A DNA stretch of 64,000 nt, taken from positions 1 to 64,000 of the IMG/VR virus record IMGVR_UViG_3300047476_001402; one strand, given 5' to 3'. The stretch is from a virus. The notes below the pieces were generated by a model. The model ran no database searches. It saw only the letters and a list, made by a program, of their open reading frames with translations, and was not told where the DNA came from. Below are positions 1 through 11,404 of this stretch, piece by piece (within the stretch, counting starts at the first letter, position 1; every line of letters begins with the position of its first letter). Both the position numbers and the translations under genes were made by a program.

Positions 1-6
1 GGGTAT

Positions 7-117
7 TGGCGGGGCACCTTGGACTCGAACCAAGGAATTGCAACCGATTTCTTACCTATCTATATTCAGCAAAAAATCTTACTATAGATTTTGTGCAATT
101 TATCCACTTTACACCCC
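7..117 (-). ncRNA. tRNA-like RNA with clear T arm and CCA end; 5' boundary uncertain
   Basis: The minus strand ends CTTGG-TTCGAGT-CCAAG-GTGCCCC-G-CCA. A possible 5' acceptor arm GGGGTGT lies at 117-111 (three G-U pairs). No normal D arm or anticodon arm. Confidence 0.5.
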
Positions 118-300
118 AATAGGCCACATAAATACTGTGATAAGTCCCGAAAATAGGAATACTATACCACCACAATCAACACAATCATGGTAAAAGAATT
201 GTGCCTCTCTGGATGGGTTTTTATCAAACAACATAAAGAATTTACCATATATTGTCATCAACAAAGAGCACACCGTCAAAATCAAGAAAATAATATGCAT
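109..300 (-). CDS. small membrane protein, hypothetical
   Basis: 63-aa ORF with two hydrophobic segments, in a minus-strand gene run. Confidence 0.55.
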   Translation of the reverse strand: MHIIFLILTVCSLLMTIYGKFFMLFDKNPSREAQFFYHDCVDCGGIVFLFSGLITVFMWPIGV

Positions 301-303
301 ATA

Positions 304-450
304 TTATTTCTTTGTTCCGCAAACAGTACATTTACGAGTGACGGTAGCTTTTGTTCCTCCGCCGATATTGTGGAGACGTTGACCGTTCCCATAGAGTTTG
401 TCCTGTGATTCGTGTTTGCAGGTACAAGGTAATGTTATTGTTTTTGCCAT
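304..450 (-). CDS. 48-aa putative zinc-binding protein (not in ORF track)
   Basis: Manual translation MAKTITLPCTCKH...RKCTVCGTKK with CxC and CxxC motifs. Confidence 0.6.
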   Translation of the reverse strand: MAKTITLPCTCKHESQDKLYGNGQRLHNIGGGTKATVTRKCTVCGTKK

Positions 451-781
451 AAATTTATTCTAGGTCGATTTTATTATTTCGTGGTTTTCTTTCGTATTCC
501 GTTTTATCCTTTAAGCGATAGCCAGGAGGACAAACAGGTTTCCGAATATTTTTTTTTAATATCGGAGTCTCTTATAACTCCGACATGGTGAGTTTTCTTT
601 TTTGACATTTTTCAGTTCCATTTAGAATTAGCTTGCGTTTCTACAGCTAATCTATACCATTCAAAGTCGATGTCAAATACTTTGTTGGATGTTCCATCTA
701 TATAAAATGCAAATGTTTTAGGTCCACTGAAAAGAACCAACATTTTCTTTGCAAGAAATAGAAAGATAAACTGTGCTTGAG

Positions 782-1072
782 TCATTGTTCTTCAGGGAAT
801 GCACGCGCTTTGATTTCACGAAGTTCTTCGGTCCAACTATCATAATATTCAGCAATGGCACATATCATCCAAATTGGTCCGAAAGTTATGAATAGGAAAA
901 CCATTTCCATAGAATTCTTTTTATATACGGAGTATCGCTCGTCTATCAAGACTCCGAGGTAGCCTAATCCTGCCCAAATCCCCAAACACCATAAAACTAT
1001 TGCAAAAGGTCCAATGAAATTGAGGAAATAGTATGTCAGTGCGGAGATGATGATGGTTTTGATAGTATTCAT
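782..1072 (-). CDS. small membrane protein (paralogue family A)
   Basis: Hydrophobic, with GP motifs; resembles 1069-1326, 16647-16958 and 16951-17211. Confidence 0.7.
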   Translation of the reverse strand: MNTIKTIIISALTYYFLNFIGPFAIVLWCLGIWAGLGYLGVLIDERYSVYKKNSMEMVFLFITFGPIWMICAIAEYYDSWTEELREIKARAFPEEQ

Positions 1073-1326
1073 TTATTTAAAAATTTTTTAATGTCTTCAC
1101 AAATTTCATCATTATTCTGATGCATTGCAAACGCTAATTGTAGTGGTCCTGCAATAAGAGATATGATAAAATCTATCTTACACGATTCGTAGCCATATCT
1201 CTTATAGATACGTTCTCCTAAATATCCTAAACCTACCCAAATCGATAAGAAGATTGTGAATGGGCCTAGTAAATTCAGGACCAAATAAGTCGCAGCACTC
1301 AATAGGATAACTCTTGTATTAGTCAT
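1069..1326 (-). CDS. small membrane protein (paralogue family A)
   Basis: IILSAxTY..LN..GPF..IWxGLGYLG pattern shared with 782-1072; 4-nt overlap. Confidence 0.7.
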   Translation of the reverse strand: MTNTRVILLSAATYLVLNLLGPFTIFLSIWVGLGYLGERIYKRYGYESCKIDFIISLIAGPLQLAFAMHQNNDEICEDIKKFLNK

Positions 1327-1329
1327 ATT

Positions 1330-1632
1330 TTAGAGAAAGAGTTGAACGATTTCCGAAATGATATTCAGAACAAACATGACTGGCATAAAGATAAAGGATG
1401 GAATCCATGCAAGGAAATACGGACACTCAGTTGTTTTACCTGCTACCACCAAAAACTGATTGATATTTGATTGTGTCCAGAATGCAAGAACCGATGCAAG
1501 TAAGATCCAAGGGATAAATACAATTGAGCATCCCAATCCCGCAGGGAGAAATGCAGCCAGAACGTAGCCGATTTCTTGCATATTTCTCTTAAATTTTGCG
1601 AGATTGTTGGAAATGATTTTGTCAATTTTCAT
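1330..1632 (-). CDS. membrane protein, hypothetical
   Basis: 100-aa hydrophobic ORF, operon-like spacing. Confidence 0.65.
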   Translation of the reverse strand: MKIDKIISNNLAKFKRNMQEIGYVLAAFLPAGLGCSIVFIPWILLASVLAFWTQSNINQFLVVAGKTTECPYFLAWIPSFIFMPVMFVLNIISEIVQLFL

Positions 1633-2051
1633 GTTGTATATTCTATTGATTTGAAGTTGAATGTATTAAGTAATGTTTCACAGTTTCTACAAGGCTTGGA
1701 AAGCATTGGTTCACAGTTCCTAGACAATCGCACATTAAACAGGGTTAGTCCAGTGAAATCTGAGTGTCCGAAGCGATTAATGAAAGCTTTAAGTGCTGCC
1801 GTCTCGGAGTGCTGTCCTGCAATATAACTTCCGGGATTGGAAGCTTTTACAGGGAGGTATTTTCCAAATTTATGATATGGATGTAATTTTTCGTAGGAAT
1901 TAACGCTAGTAATAAGTAGCTTATTCCTTCTCAAAATAAAAGAGAAATGTAATGAATTACCAGTACGTAGATCCTGTAAAGACCTTGCAATATCTATTAG
2001 ACGCTGTTTCCTATATTGGTTCATCAGTCTCCCCAAAAATACCAAAAACAA
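1629..2051 (-). CDS. zinc-dependent deaminase (CMP/dCMP deaminase-like)
   Basis: HSE motif (GQHSETAA) and PCxxC motif (SKPCRNC). Confidence 0.75.
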   Translation of the reverse strand: MFLVFLGRLMNQYRKQRLIDIARSLQDLRTGNSLHFSFILRRNKLLITSVNSYEKLHPYHKFGKYLPVKASNPGSYIAGQHSETAALKAFINRFGHSDFTGLTLFNVRLSRNCEPMLSKPCRNCETLLNTFNFKSIEYTT

Positions 2052-2464
2052 AAAGTCAGGAAAACCACAATAACTAAAAGTATTATACCAAGTGTAAAGA
2101 ATCCTACAGCAGCATTCTTAAGCACATATAAAGTTATTGAAGTTTTCATTTTACAGAATTATATCCCATCATGTAGTAAGGGCAAGCAGGGAATTCGGCA
2201 GGCTCTTGATATTGTGCTGCCCACATTCCCTCTTTTTGCATCCGTGCAATATACTCTGGGGATACTTCGATTTCAGTTAATGGTGTTTTTTCTTCCATAA
2301 ATATTAATCGGGTTTATCAAGTTTTGATTGCAAATATGCGATTTCTTTTTGGATTCGTAGTCTTTCAAGTTCTTTATTTTCTTCTGCTTTTAGCTTTGCC
2401 TCTCGGTCGAGTTCTGCCTGTTTTTCGGAAATGAGAATTCCCATTAGTATACGAATTATATTAG

Positions 2465-2824
2465 CTATTCAGCCTTAGTCAAGGCACATTTATCAAAAAA
2501 TGTGCGGCTACCTTCTATACCATAACCTGTTCTAAAGTTTTCATCTGGAAACCTCCGATAAATAGTTGATAGTAGCATTTTTCCATAACCTTTTAATCGG
2601 TATTCCGGTTTGATAAATACTCCACAATTAGGCCAACCATCTTGCTTTTTAATAAAGCATCCAACTGGAACATCCCCGTCATAGACTATTCCAATTAATG
2701 TTATATTTGCTCGTTTAAGCCAATGTAGAAATGACCAGCCCTCTACGTACAACTTATGAATTATACAGATATGTTTTGCATATTCAAGTCTTCTAGGGGT
2801 GGAAAATGTTCTTACTTTTCTCAT
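2465..2824 (-). CDS. GNAT acetyltransferase
   Basis: Acetyl-CoA motif A: VFIKPEYRLKGYGKMLL. Confidence 0.75.
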   Translation of the reverse strand: MRKVRTFSTPRRLEYAKHICIIHKLYVEGWSFLHWLKRANITLIGIVYDGDVPVGCFIKKQDGWPNCGVFIKPEYRLKGYGKMLLSTIYRRFPDENFRTGYGIEGSRTFFDKCALTKAE

Positions 2825-2923
2825 TAATCTATAGTACTACAGTTTTTATCATTGTCAACCAGAATGTCCAATATAAAAAGGAAAATTTACTAGTATTATT
2901 AGGATGGTCATATAAATACTTAT

Positions 2924-3739
2924 ATGAGAAATCGTACTCCTAAAATACCAAATGATATTCTTATCGAAGAATATACAATTAATATGTTATCTATTTCACA
3001 AATAGCGGAAAAATATAAAGTCCCTCATAGAAGTGTGAGGAGACGGTTACATATTTTAAAAATTCCAATCAGATATGATATCATACCAATAACATTATCG
3101 AAAGAGTTATTAGAAGAAGAGTATATTACGAATAACTTATCTACAACAAAAATCGCAGAAAAATATAACATAAGTTCTTCTAGTGTGTACAATAAATTAA
3201 GTAAATATAAAATTCCTATAAAAGAACAATGTATAGATTTAATTGGGGAGACGTTTGGTGATTTAACTGTTTTAGAAAAAACTAAAAATAAATATAAAAC
3301 GAAAAGTGCTGCATGGTTATGTAAATGCAAATGTGGAAATATAATAAACGCTACCTCAATCAGCCTAAGACAGGGACATACTCGAAGTTGTGGATGTAGT
3401 TGGAAGACTGCTTACGAAGATATACCCGGAAGTTATATAACCAGTTTAAAGCATGGTGCTAGAATAAGAGACTTTGAATTTTCAGTTTCTAATGAAGACT
3501 TGTGGAATTTATTTTTAAAACAGAATAAAAAATGTGCATTAAGTGGTTTAGAATTGGTTTTCTACACAGTTCGCTCTAAATTTCAAACAGCATCACTAGA
3601 TAGAATCGATCCTTCCAAAGGATATATAAAAGAAAATATACAATGGGTTCATAAAGACGTAAATAGAATTAAAATGGATCTTTCGGAGGATCGCTTTTTA
3701 TCTTTAGTGAAGTCTATTTATGAATACAGAAATATCTAG
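2924..3739 (+). mobile_element. free-standing HNH-type homing endonuclease with N-terminal HTH repeats
   Basis: Two SxxxIAEKY HTH repeats, WLCKCKCGN, SCGC and SLDRIDPSKGYIKENIQWV; inserted opposite to its neighbours. Confidence 0.8.
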
Positions 3740-4317
3740 TGTCCATTACCATATTCTTCACTATATTTTGTGTAAATTTCGTTGCGTATTTCTTCGGCAC
3801 GATTCAACAGATCATACTCTGTCCCGTTATTATCAACCACAAAAGTAGCTTTGTCAATATAATCCTTGTCAGGAATTTGCATTCCTAGCCGACTACGAAT
3901 CACAGAATTTCTCATACCTCGAAGACCCTCTAAGCGAGAGAATCGCGTTGGCGTATCAACAGTAACCACAACTATCAAATCACAGATACTATCAAATCCT
4001 TCTTCGAATAATAGTGCTGATTCTAAAATAGTATGCTGGAAAGTCTCAAGAACTAATTTCGGTTTAATAAATTCATCAATCCGAGTTTTCAACCCTTCGG
4101 TCTTAAAATAGTTATATTTAAGAAATTCGAGATAATTGGTTTCAGAAGAGTTAAAACCGAAACCTCTACAAATCTTCTCGATGTCCTTTCGATATTCAAA
4201 GCATTTTACCTTTGCAAATACATCCATGTCGATATATTTCCAGTCCATTGTTGCTGCAAAGATTTTAGCAAATGTAGATTTACCACTTCCAATATTTCCT
4301 GTAATTCCGATGATCAT
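3736..4317 (-). CDS. coaE: dephospho-CoA kinase (start moved to MIIGITG)
   Basis: IIGITGNIGSGKST P-loop, IDMD, ESALLFE, R..R...Q, VVDNNG. Confidence 0.8.
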   Translation of the reverse strand: MIIGITGNIGSGKSTFAKIFAATMDWKYIDMDVFAKVKCFEYRKDIEKICRGFGFNSSETNYLEFLKYNYFKTEGLKTRIDEFIKPKLVLETFQHTILESALLFEEGFDSICDLIVVVTVDTPTRFSRLEGLRGMRNSVIRSRLGMQIPDKDYIDKATFVVDNNGTEYDLLNRAEEIRNEIYTKYSEEYGNGH

Positions 4318-5193
4318 AGATCTTCTTTTTGATTTTCCTGAATATTCAACTCTTTCCTCTTCTCTATAGCCCATTTACACCAATCATAATGACCACTCAA
4401 GCGTCCATTAATCTCTGGATCGCTTCTGCCGCAAGAACAGCAACAATAATACGGATTACCATTGCCTATTGGCTCATTAGGATATGTATAATACCCATTC
4501 ATAAAAATGTTTCATTTTACTCGATACACTCTCTTGTTTTTATAATCCTTCAAAGATAACTCGTTTCTATATTCCTTAGGCCAAGTTCCGACAATACCAG
4601 CAATTCGGCATCGCCTCCATTGACGCAGAATATGTAGCCTATTTCTATATTTCCTTTTTCCAAAAACTCTTTCTCTATGATTATTAGAAATCTCTTGCAT
4701 TCTATTTTCGTCTTTCGTCATACGAATGGCAAGTTTCGCATCTTTAAGAGATGTGAACATGTCATCAAGATAAACTGAATGACCGATGGGTTCATCAATA
4801 TCTACAAGACAATTATATTTTCCAAATCCGCCATCCACATCTGTCACTCTAACAGGAATAGCAAATGAACAATATTCGGGGACATACCAGTATGTTCTAG
4901 TTGGAATCTTTTTGTTCGTATCGGCGTTCATATAAAATATGTTTATTAATAAGGGTTCGGGTAGCTGTTACTCTTCCAGCTTTACCGTTTTGACCCTTAA
5001 CCCATTCTCCGTCAATCAAAACTTCCACAAAAATATCACCACCTGGAGTAATACATAATGCAACATTATCAATTCGCATTCTACTAATGCGCCATTCTCT
5101 GTACAAAATTTGAATAATTTTTTTCATTATGTGCAAGATGAATCGAGTTTACAATATGAACGAGTATGACTAATTTCATCCATGGTGAGTGTA

Positions 5194-5997
5194 TCACAAT
5201 AGAATTGATGTGTCATATTGCCGCTCACGATCATAACAAGGACCGTCATAATGAAATCTCATTTTAGGCTTACTGAAAAACTTCGGTGCGCCTTTTACTC
5301 GACTTTTTACACACATAGTCTCCTGCCATTCTTTCATCTTGGCAATGATTTGATCATCGGACCATGCATTTCTTTCACTCTTACGTTCTAGGCGATAATT
5401 TTTTTCCCAATCAGACATTCTATCGAAATCATCCATACAATTCATTCGAATGTGGCAATCAGGAACCATCATCTCGAAATCTCCATACCCTTCTCCAACA
5501 AACACACTAAGCCATACATTCGTATTTTCTCTACGAGATTCGCCCCTCCATAGATCTTTTCCACCTGCAAAGGATACATTACAATAGTATGCCTCTGGTT
5601 TAATTTGTGTATAATCGCTGAAAACTTGAGGCCAAACTCCAAGATTAATAGAACCTAAGTATCTCATATATTTTCCTGTTCGAATATCTTTTGGCCAATA
5701 AAATTTAAAGTCCTTTTCCCAATTCGAATCATTAATTGTCGCATATCGCCCACCAATGAAAGAAGGGGATATAAATCCTGAATCATAAAATCCACCAAAT
5801 CCCTGATCTTCATCTACGTATGAAGATTCTAGACCATATGCCAAATATCGGTATGATGTCTGTTTGGCGGCGGCTAGATACTTTTCATAGAATTCTGCAT
5901 GTTCTGGTGTATCACCAGTCTTGCCTGCGATTTTTCGTGGAAGTAGATTAGGATTATGGAGACGACGTTGTAGGTCGGTATTTAATTTTTGTTTCAT
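5194..5997 (-). CDS. hypothetical protein
   Basis: 267-aa ORF with no recognised motif. Confidence 0.7.
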   Translation of the reverse strand: MKQKLNTDLQRRLHNPNLLPRKIAGKTGDTPEHAEFYEKYLAAAKQTSYRYLAYGLESSYVDEDQGFGGFYDSGFISPSFIGGRYATINDSNWEKDFKFYWPKDIRTGKYMRYLGSINLGVWPQVFSDYTQIKPEAYYCNVSFAGGKDLWRGESRRENTNVWLSVFVGEGYGDFEMMVPDCHIRMNCMDDFDRMSDWEKNYRLERKSERNAWSDDQIIAKMKEWQETMCVKSRVKGAPKFFSKPKMRFHYDGPCYDRERQYDTSILL

Positions 5998-6302
5998 AGT
6001 TGTAATGTCTATATTGTAATCGAAAGCCGATTAATTGCTTCTCTGCCACCACAATTGCCGTATATAATACGTTCATTATTATGATCCCACATATATTTGA
6101 AAGTATTCAGAAACCAAAGTATAACTTTGGAGATTTCAGAATCTTCTTCGAGTTTTTTAGCAGAACGTGCTAACCAACAAACACCATATGCAGCATGTGC
6201 TACAGGTTCGCCACTATAAAGCAATGTTCGAACTTCATTGCTAGAGTATATTACTTCTGTAAATGGAAATTGCTTTATTTTATCTATTCTAAACATATAT
6301 CT

Positions 6303-6815
6303 TCATTTATATAAATTTTTCATATCAATATACCATTGAGGTGCAGGGCGAGACTTATTCCACTGCGCAAATGGTTTGTCAAATACATAAAAGTAACGAT
6401 ATTGCATAATAGTTGGTTGCCTATCGAAATTGACAATACGTTGCCGACAAATGGCATCATCTTCGATTGCAGGGGAAAAGTCGGTTAATCCAGTATGTCG
6501 AAATCGTAGCTCGCTTGAATTATCCATACACCACTCAATAACTTTTTGAGATTTATGAATTTTACCATATCGACGAGTGTATTCAGATGCAATTTCTACC
6601 GCATGTTCTAAAAGCCATTCAAAATTATCTCGACTATGCCGCGCCCAAATAGTACTTGGATGATTTTCATGTGTACGTTTATAAGGTGCATGAATACCTT
6701 GTAAATGGTAATTAGTACATAAGATTTGGGCGCTTTCCAGCAGCATTTTCATATGTTTGTCACATAATGATTGTGCTGAAATTATAGGGCATTGATCAAC
6801 TGAAAAGATATTCAT
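6303..6815 (-). CDS. pyrimidine-dimer DNA glycosylase/DenV-like family protein
   Basis: MNIF..D..P..SAQ.LCDKH..KMLLESAQIL and YK.TH.NHP..IW signature. Confidence 0.7.
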   Translation of the reverse strand: MNIFSVDQCPIISAQSLCDKHMKMLLESAQILCTNYHLQGIHAPYKRTHENHPSTIWARHSRDNFEWLLEHAVEIASEYTRRYGKIHKSQKVIEWCMDNSSELRFRHTGLTDFSPAIEDDAICRQRIVNFDRQPTIMQYRYFYVFDKPFAQWNKSRPAPQWYIDMKNLYK

Positions 6816-7059
6816 TTACTTCTGTAGCATATCTAGAACTTCCATCATGTCAATCCCTGATATGAAGTATAACACCTGTTTTCGGTGGTTCATAAAAAGG
6901 ACTATCATCCGAATCTGTGTGGGTGATTTCTGATCTTTCGGGACAATAAAATTGATCTCTTTTTTCGTAGTATATCCAAAAATCCGTATCTGGAGGAAAT
7001 GATTGTAAATATTTGATAAGTTCTCCGACAGTAATAATATAGTTATCTTCGGGCATAAT

Positions 7060-7725
7060 TTAATGTCTTTTTCTTAGTTCTGTTTTAAGTTCGTAACGAT
7101 TGATCTTATCATCAAATTTCAAATGATGATACTCACAATTTCTCGGAGTTGCAAGTGATTCCATCGCTTCAATAGAAAGATTTAACAATTTCATGAGAAG
7201 AATTTTCATTGTAAATCCGTGGGTGAAAATGTAAACATTTGAAGTATAATGGTGACTATTTTCCATCTCCATCAAAAATAGAGAAACCCTCTGATACACG
7301 TCAGCACCGCTCTCGCCATTAGGATAACGATAATAGAACATACCATATTCCAGGCGTTCTTTTTCAGTGGAATAATTATAACCTTCTCCTAATTTCTGCC
7401 CCCATTCCTGCTCACGAATAAGAGGACTTTCATGAAGATTGTCCATATATTCATGAAGATTACGTATCAATCCGCCATCGGCATAGTTCTTTACAAACTC
7501 TTGATATGTTTGACGTGTTCGTAAAAACGGTGAGACATATACATGATTTCCAAATGGTAAATCGAGCAACCCCTTCTCATTTAGGCTATGAACCAATTCT
7601 TTAACCTGTATTCTACCTTGTTCAGTTATAGCAAGTCTATGGTCGGGAATAGTTTTTAAAACATCTTTATCAGCATTCGCTTCCGACTGTGCATGGCGAA
7701 TCAAAATAATATTATTCGGTTTCAT
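7060..7725 (-). CDS. histidine phosphatase (phosphoglycerate mutase family)
   Basis: LIRHAQS, SPFLRTRQT, REQEWG, NGES and FTHG motifs. Confidence 0.9.
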   Translation of the reverse strand: MKPNNIILIRHAQSEANADKDVLKTIPDHRLAITEQGRIQVKELVHSLNEKGLLDLPFGNHVYVSPFLRTRQTYQEFVKNYADGGLIRNLHEYMDNLHESPLIREQEWGQKLGEGYNYSTEKERLEYGMFYYRYPNGESGADVYQRVSLFLMEMENSHHYTSNVYIFTHGFTMKILLMKLLNLSIEAMESLATPRNCEYHHLKFDDKINRYELKTELRKRH

Positions 7726-8174
7726 TTTATAACGATATTAACACTCTCTACCCATTTGTAAAGTTCATTCTTTATCGCCTCTTCAATATTAATATTCGGA
7801 TCAATGGTAGGAGGATGTGTCCGTTGTGCAATTAAATAATATTCTCCAGAATTAGTAAATTGTTTATAAGGATCATATTTTTTTGCAATTGCCTGAAACT
7901 GCACGTCCAATTCATTATAATCCCATGAATCTTCATGATAATCATGTAAATCACAGAATACCCTTTCCTCTTTTAGGATTTGAGAACGAAAAACCTCAAA
8001 CCATAAATGTCCCCAAGTATCAGATTCATCATTTCTGCGGGATTCATAATAAAATGAATAAGTTAATTTGTTATCAGCATAAGAACTTGACCAACAAAAT
8101 TCATAAATCTTCATTAAAGTTTCAGAAACTTTATAATAAATTCGAACAGGTTTTAAATACATAATTTTTCATTT

Positions 8175-9044
8175 TTGTCGTTGTGTTACGACAGTGTAAA
8201 GGAAGAATTCGCAGAATGCAAGAAAAATCGTTTGATCATTTTAGGTTTACCAGTATTTTACATTATCATGAACGAAGAATATATACTTTCGAAGGGCTGG
8301 ACAATTGATCAAGAATCATCACACTATATATGTCCTTGGGAATCCCATTTAAAATATAATATGTATAGATTAGAAGATGCTGTTTATAAACAGGATCAAC
8401 AAGATCATCTTATTACACACGGAATGTTTCCGAAAAAGATTCGATTAAATCATTTCGGATGGGGTTTGTGGTTTGTTATCAAAAATAATTCATATGGAAA
8501 ATTCGTTGCAAGTGTTGCAGATAAAGATGCTGCGGATGAATGGATTCGAGAAACAAAGGAATGGTTAAAAATCCATAAGTTTAAAGAGTATAGTTATAAA
8601 CAATTTCTCGCCGTCGAAAATATTAAAGACGATTATTTCAATAACGTCTTAATCGAAAGTAGTCACCACGGATATCATTATTATAATGTTCCAACCTTTA
8701 GAAAATATCTCAAAACTCTTTGCAAACTAATTGAACGGGATTATCCTAAAGGATTCACCGAAAAATATTGGGATGGTGAACCTGTTATACCCTCATTTGG
8801 TACAGACATTTCAAATATTCCCGAAGAATTTAAAGAGCAAGCGAAGATGCTTATAGCTCAATATAATAATAAGAAAAAAGAATACAAAGAATTGGAATGC
8901 CGAAAAAAGAGCATTAATCGTATTCTTGAATTAAAGTCTGAAGTTGATGATAATATTGCCGAAATATATTCTTTATTAAAGGAGATTAATTATTTAGGAG
9001 ATGATCATAATTTCAGTATTGAAACCCTAGAAACATTATATTGA
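8175..9044 (+). CDS. hypothetical protein (true start probably MNEEY at 8268)
   Basis: Long ORF opening the plus-strand block. Confidence 0.65.
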   Translation: MSLCYDSVKEEFAECKKNRLIILGLPVFYIIMNEEYILSKGWTIDQESSHYICPWESHLKYNMYRLEDAVYKQDQQDHLITHGMFPKKIRLNHFGWGLWFVIKNNSYGKFVASVADKDAADEWIRETKEWLKIHKFKEYSYKQFLAVENIKDDYFNNVLIESSHHGYHYYNVPTFRKYLKTLCKLIERDYPKGFTEKYWDGEPVIPSFGTDISNIPEEFKEQAKMLIAQYNNKKKEYKELECRKKSINRILELKSEVDDNIAEIYSLLKEINYLGDDHNFSIETLETLY

Positions 9045-9425
9045 TATGGAATGGTTAGTTTTTCATACAACTTGTAGTGATGGTCATACATATAGTTATG
9101 ACAAATTTATTCCATTTCAATATAGTTCTAAGAAAGATGCTGAAGATCTGTTGTTAGATTTCGCAGATCAACTTTTAAAGAAGTATATAATGGCATTTAA
9201 TAGCGATGAATGGAATGAATATTATGATTGGCTTAAAAATAATGAATTTTTTAATAGCTGGTTCGATTTAAGTTTTAATGATTTCTGGTATCATAAAGAG
9301 CAAAACTTTTCATTCCACGGAAAATTAAAAATGGAAGATATTGGAATGGATTTTCCAGAAATCTTCACTCTTCAGGAATGGGCAGAAGCGAAAGAGGAAA
9401 AGGTGAAATATCTTCAAAAAGTCAT

Positions 9426-9454
9426 TTGACATATCCAGTATAGAGTGTAATATA
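9426..9454 (+). promoter_or_regulatory. sigma70-like promoter
   Basis: TTGACA, 16-18 nt spacer, then TAATAT upstream of 9511. Confidence 0.6.
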
Positions 9455-9510
9455 TGTCCGATTCCAATACGGAAGATTAAACAAAACAAACTAATAATAG
9501 AAACAACAAT

Positions 9511-9942
9511 ATGGCACGCCCAAAAAACCCAAAGAATGTCCTTGAATATACCTGCCGAGTGACAGGTCGAAAAGTCAAGACAAATCCAAAACAATTCCAC
9601 GAATATGTGGAGAAGACTGGCTTGGATTATGAAGTCGTCCTAAATAGTATGGTATCGTCCGGTCCTAACGGTGGTCGTCGTATTATCGCAGCAGAGGGGC
9701 TTACGCCTCAACAAGCTGTCGAAAAGTATGGTCTTCATCCGGTGATTGCTCATATGCTTAAATGCACCAAGAAACCTGTTCCTGTTGCCGAAACACCTAC
9801 CGAGACAGTCGTCGAAACAGTAATTCAGCCTGAATCTGCCCCTACTATTGCTATGGTATCTGCCGAGACTGTTGATACTAATGTCGTCGATGATATTGAT
9901 GATATTCTCGCCCCTGTTGATGGGGTAGAAGTCGCTGCTTAA
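9511..9942 (+). CDS. hypothetical protein with acidic tail
   Basis: Own promoter and terminator. Confidence 0.75.
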   Translation: MARPKNPKNVLEYTCRVTGRKVKTNPKQFHEYVEKTGLDYEVVLNSMVSSGPNGGRRIIAAEGLTPQQAVEKYGLHPVIAHMLKCTKKPVPVAETPTETVVETVIQPESAPTIAMVSAETVDTNVVDDIDDILAPVDGVEVAA

Positions 9943-9954
9943 TAGTCAGCTTCT

Positions 9955-9993
9955 AAAAAGGCGATTAGTGTATTGTATCTAATCGCCTTTTTT
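9955..9993 (+). terminator. intrinsic terminator
   Basis: AAAAAGGCGATTAG...CTAATCGCCTTTTTT hairpin with U tract. Confidence 0.8.
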
Positions 9994-10876
9994 GTTTAAT
10001 TTTTTATAAATAATTTTCAAAATGAACAAAGAACAAATCAAATCAACAGTTGAAGAACTCGCAGCAGATGCTCTTATTGAAATATCTTCTAGGAAATTGA
10101 GAAAACTTGTAAATCTCGTCACCGAACTATCTGATGATAGTGATATTACTCTTGAAGAAATTAAAGAGGATATCCAAGTTATTGCAGGCGATGATGCGGA
10201 TGATTGGGACGAGTTCACAGAAGAACTTGCCAATTTTATTCTTTTCATTGATGAAGAAACCCAAATTGAAGAAAGCGAAGAGGATGATTGATCTTGATGA
10301 AGTTAACGTAATTGAACTTGTAGGTGGTCCACGCTGCGGTGATATGTTTAAGTTGGATGAATCATCTGATTTAGATGTTTTTGATGTTCCTTATGAAATT
10401 GTCGGTAAAGGTGGTAAAGTTCATAAGTTTGAAGCACAGTACACAAAACGAATGGACGGAAAAGCACAGTATTGTGGAGGATAATATGAAAGCATCCTTA
10501 AAGTGTAAAACCCCAGCAAAAGCACAAGTGAATTACCGCAAACACCAACGCACGATTATGAACAGAACTGAACGGCGTATTGGAAAGAGTTGTGTAGATC
10601 GCGAAGAATAGTGGTTGACTTGCTACGTTCATGTGCGATAATTTATAATGCGTACTGCTAATTGGACATTCAAGTGGAGGATAATTTCTTGGGAAGCACT
10701 CAGTCTTGGATTACAGAAATGGTATTTTCTACCTTTAATAAAAGCTGATTGGGAAACTCCTACCAGTGGATGGAATGGTAATTATGACGATACTCAAAAA
10801 GTGATATTGAGTATTGCATGGCTTACTGCATATGTAGAATTTACTATAACACCTAACAGCATCACATCTTAAAATT

Positions 10877-11383
10877 ATGAATTATATTAAAAAAGCCCTA
10901 GATTTTGCCCGAATCGCGCATGAAGGACAATTTCGCCGAGATGGAAAACCCTATTTCACGCATGTAGAAGCGGTTGCCAATAAAGTATCAACAGATTGGC
11001 TTTCGTTTACTGCTTATATAGGAAGAGCTGAATTGTATGAACATAAACATAATGTAGTTGCTGCGGGTTTTCTTCACGATGTGATTGAAGATTGTGGCAT
11101 AACGAAGGAACAACTTCTAACTGCTGGATTTTCGGTTTTGACTGTTGAAATTGTAGATGCGCTTACAAAGAAAGAAGGAGAAACATATTTCGACTTTATT
11201 ATGAGAATTCATAATGGTGGACCGTTTCGTGAGGGGGTGGTAGCAGTTAAATTGGCCGATCTTTGGCATAATATGAACGATAACCCTAAAGAAGGTTCAT
11301 TACTTGACAAATATCGTCTTGCCGAATACATCTTACAGAGTTCCAAACCAACAGGTTCGAGAGTTCTATTATGCAATTTATAA
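10877..11383 (+). CDS. HD-domain hydrolase, (p)ppGpp hydrolase/Mesh1-like
   Basis: AH.GQ.R..G.PYF.H, LHDVIED and VKLADLWHN motifs. Confidence 0.85.
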   Translation: MNYIKKALDFARIAHEGQFRRDGKPYFTHVEAVANKVSTDWLSFTAYIGRAELYEHKHNVVAAGFLHDVIEDCGITKEQLLTAGFSVLTVEIVDALTKKEGETYFDFIMRIHNGGPFREGVVAVKLADLWHNMNDNPKEGSLLDKYRLAEYILQSSKPTGSRVLLCNL

Positions 11384-11404
11384 ACAATTTTACTACATTG
11401 AATC

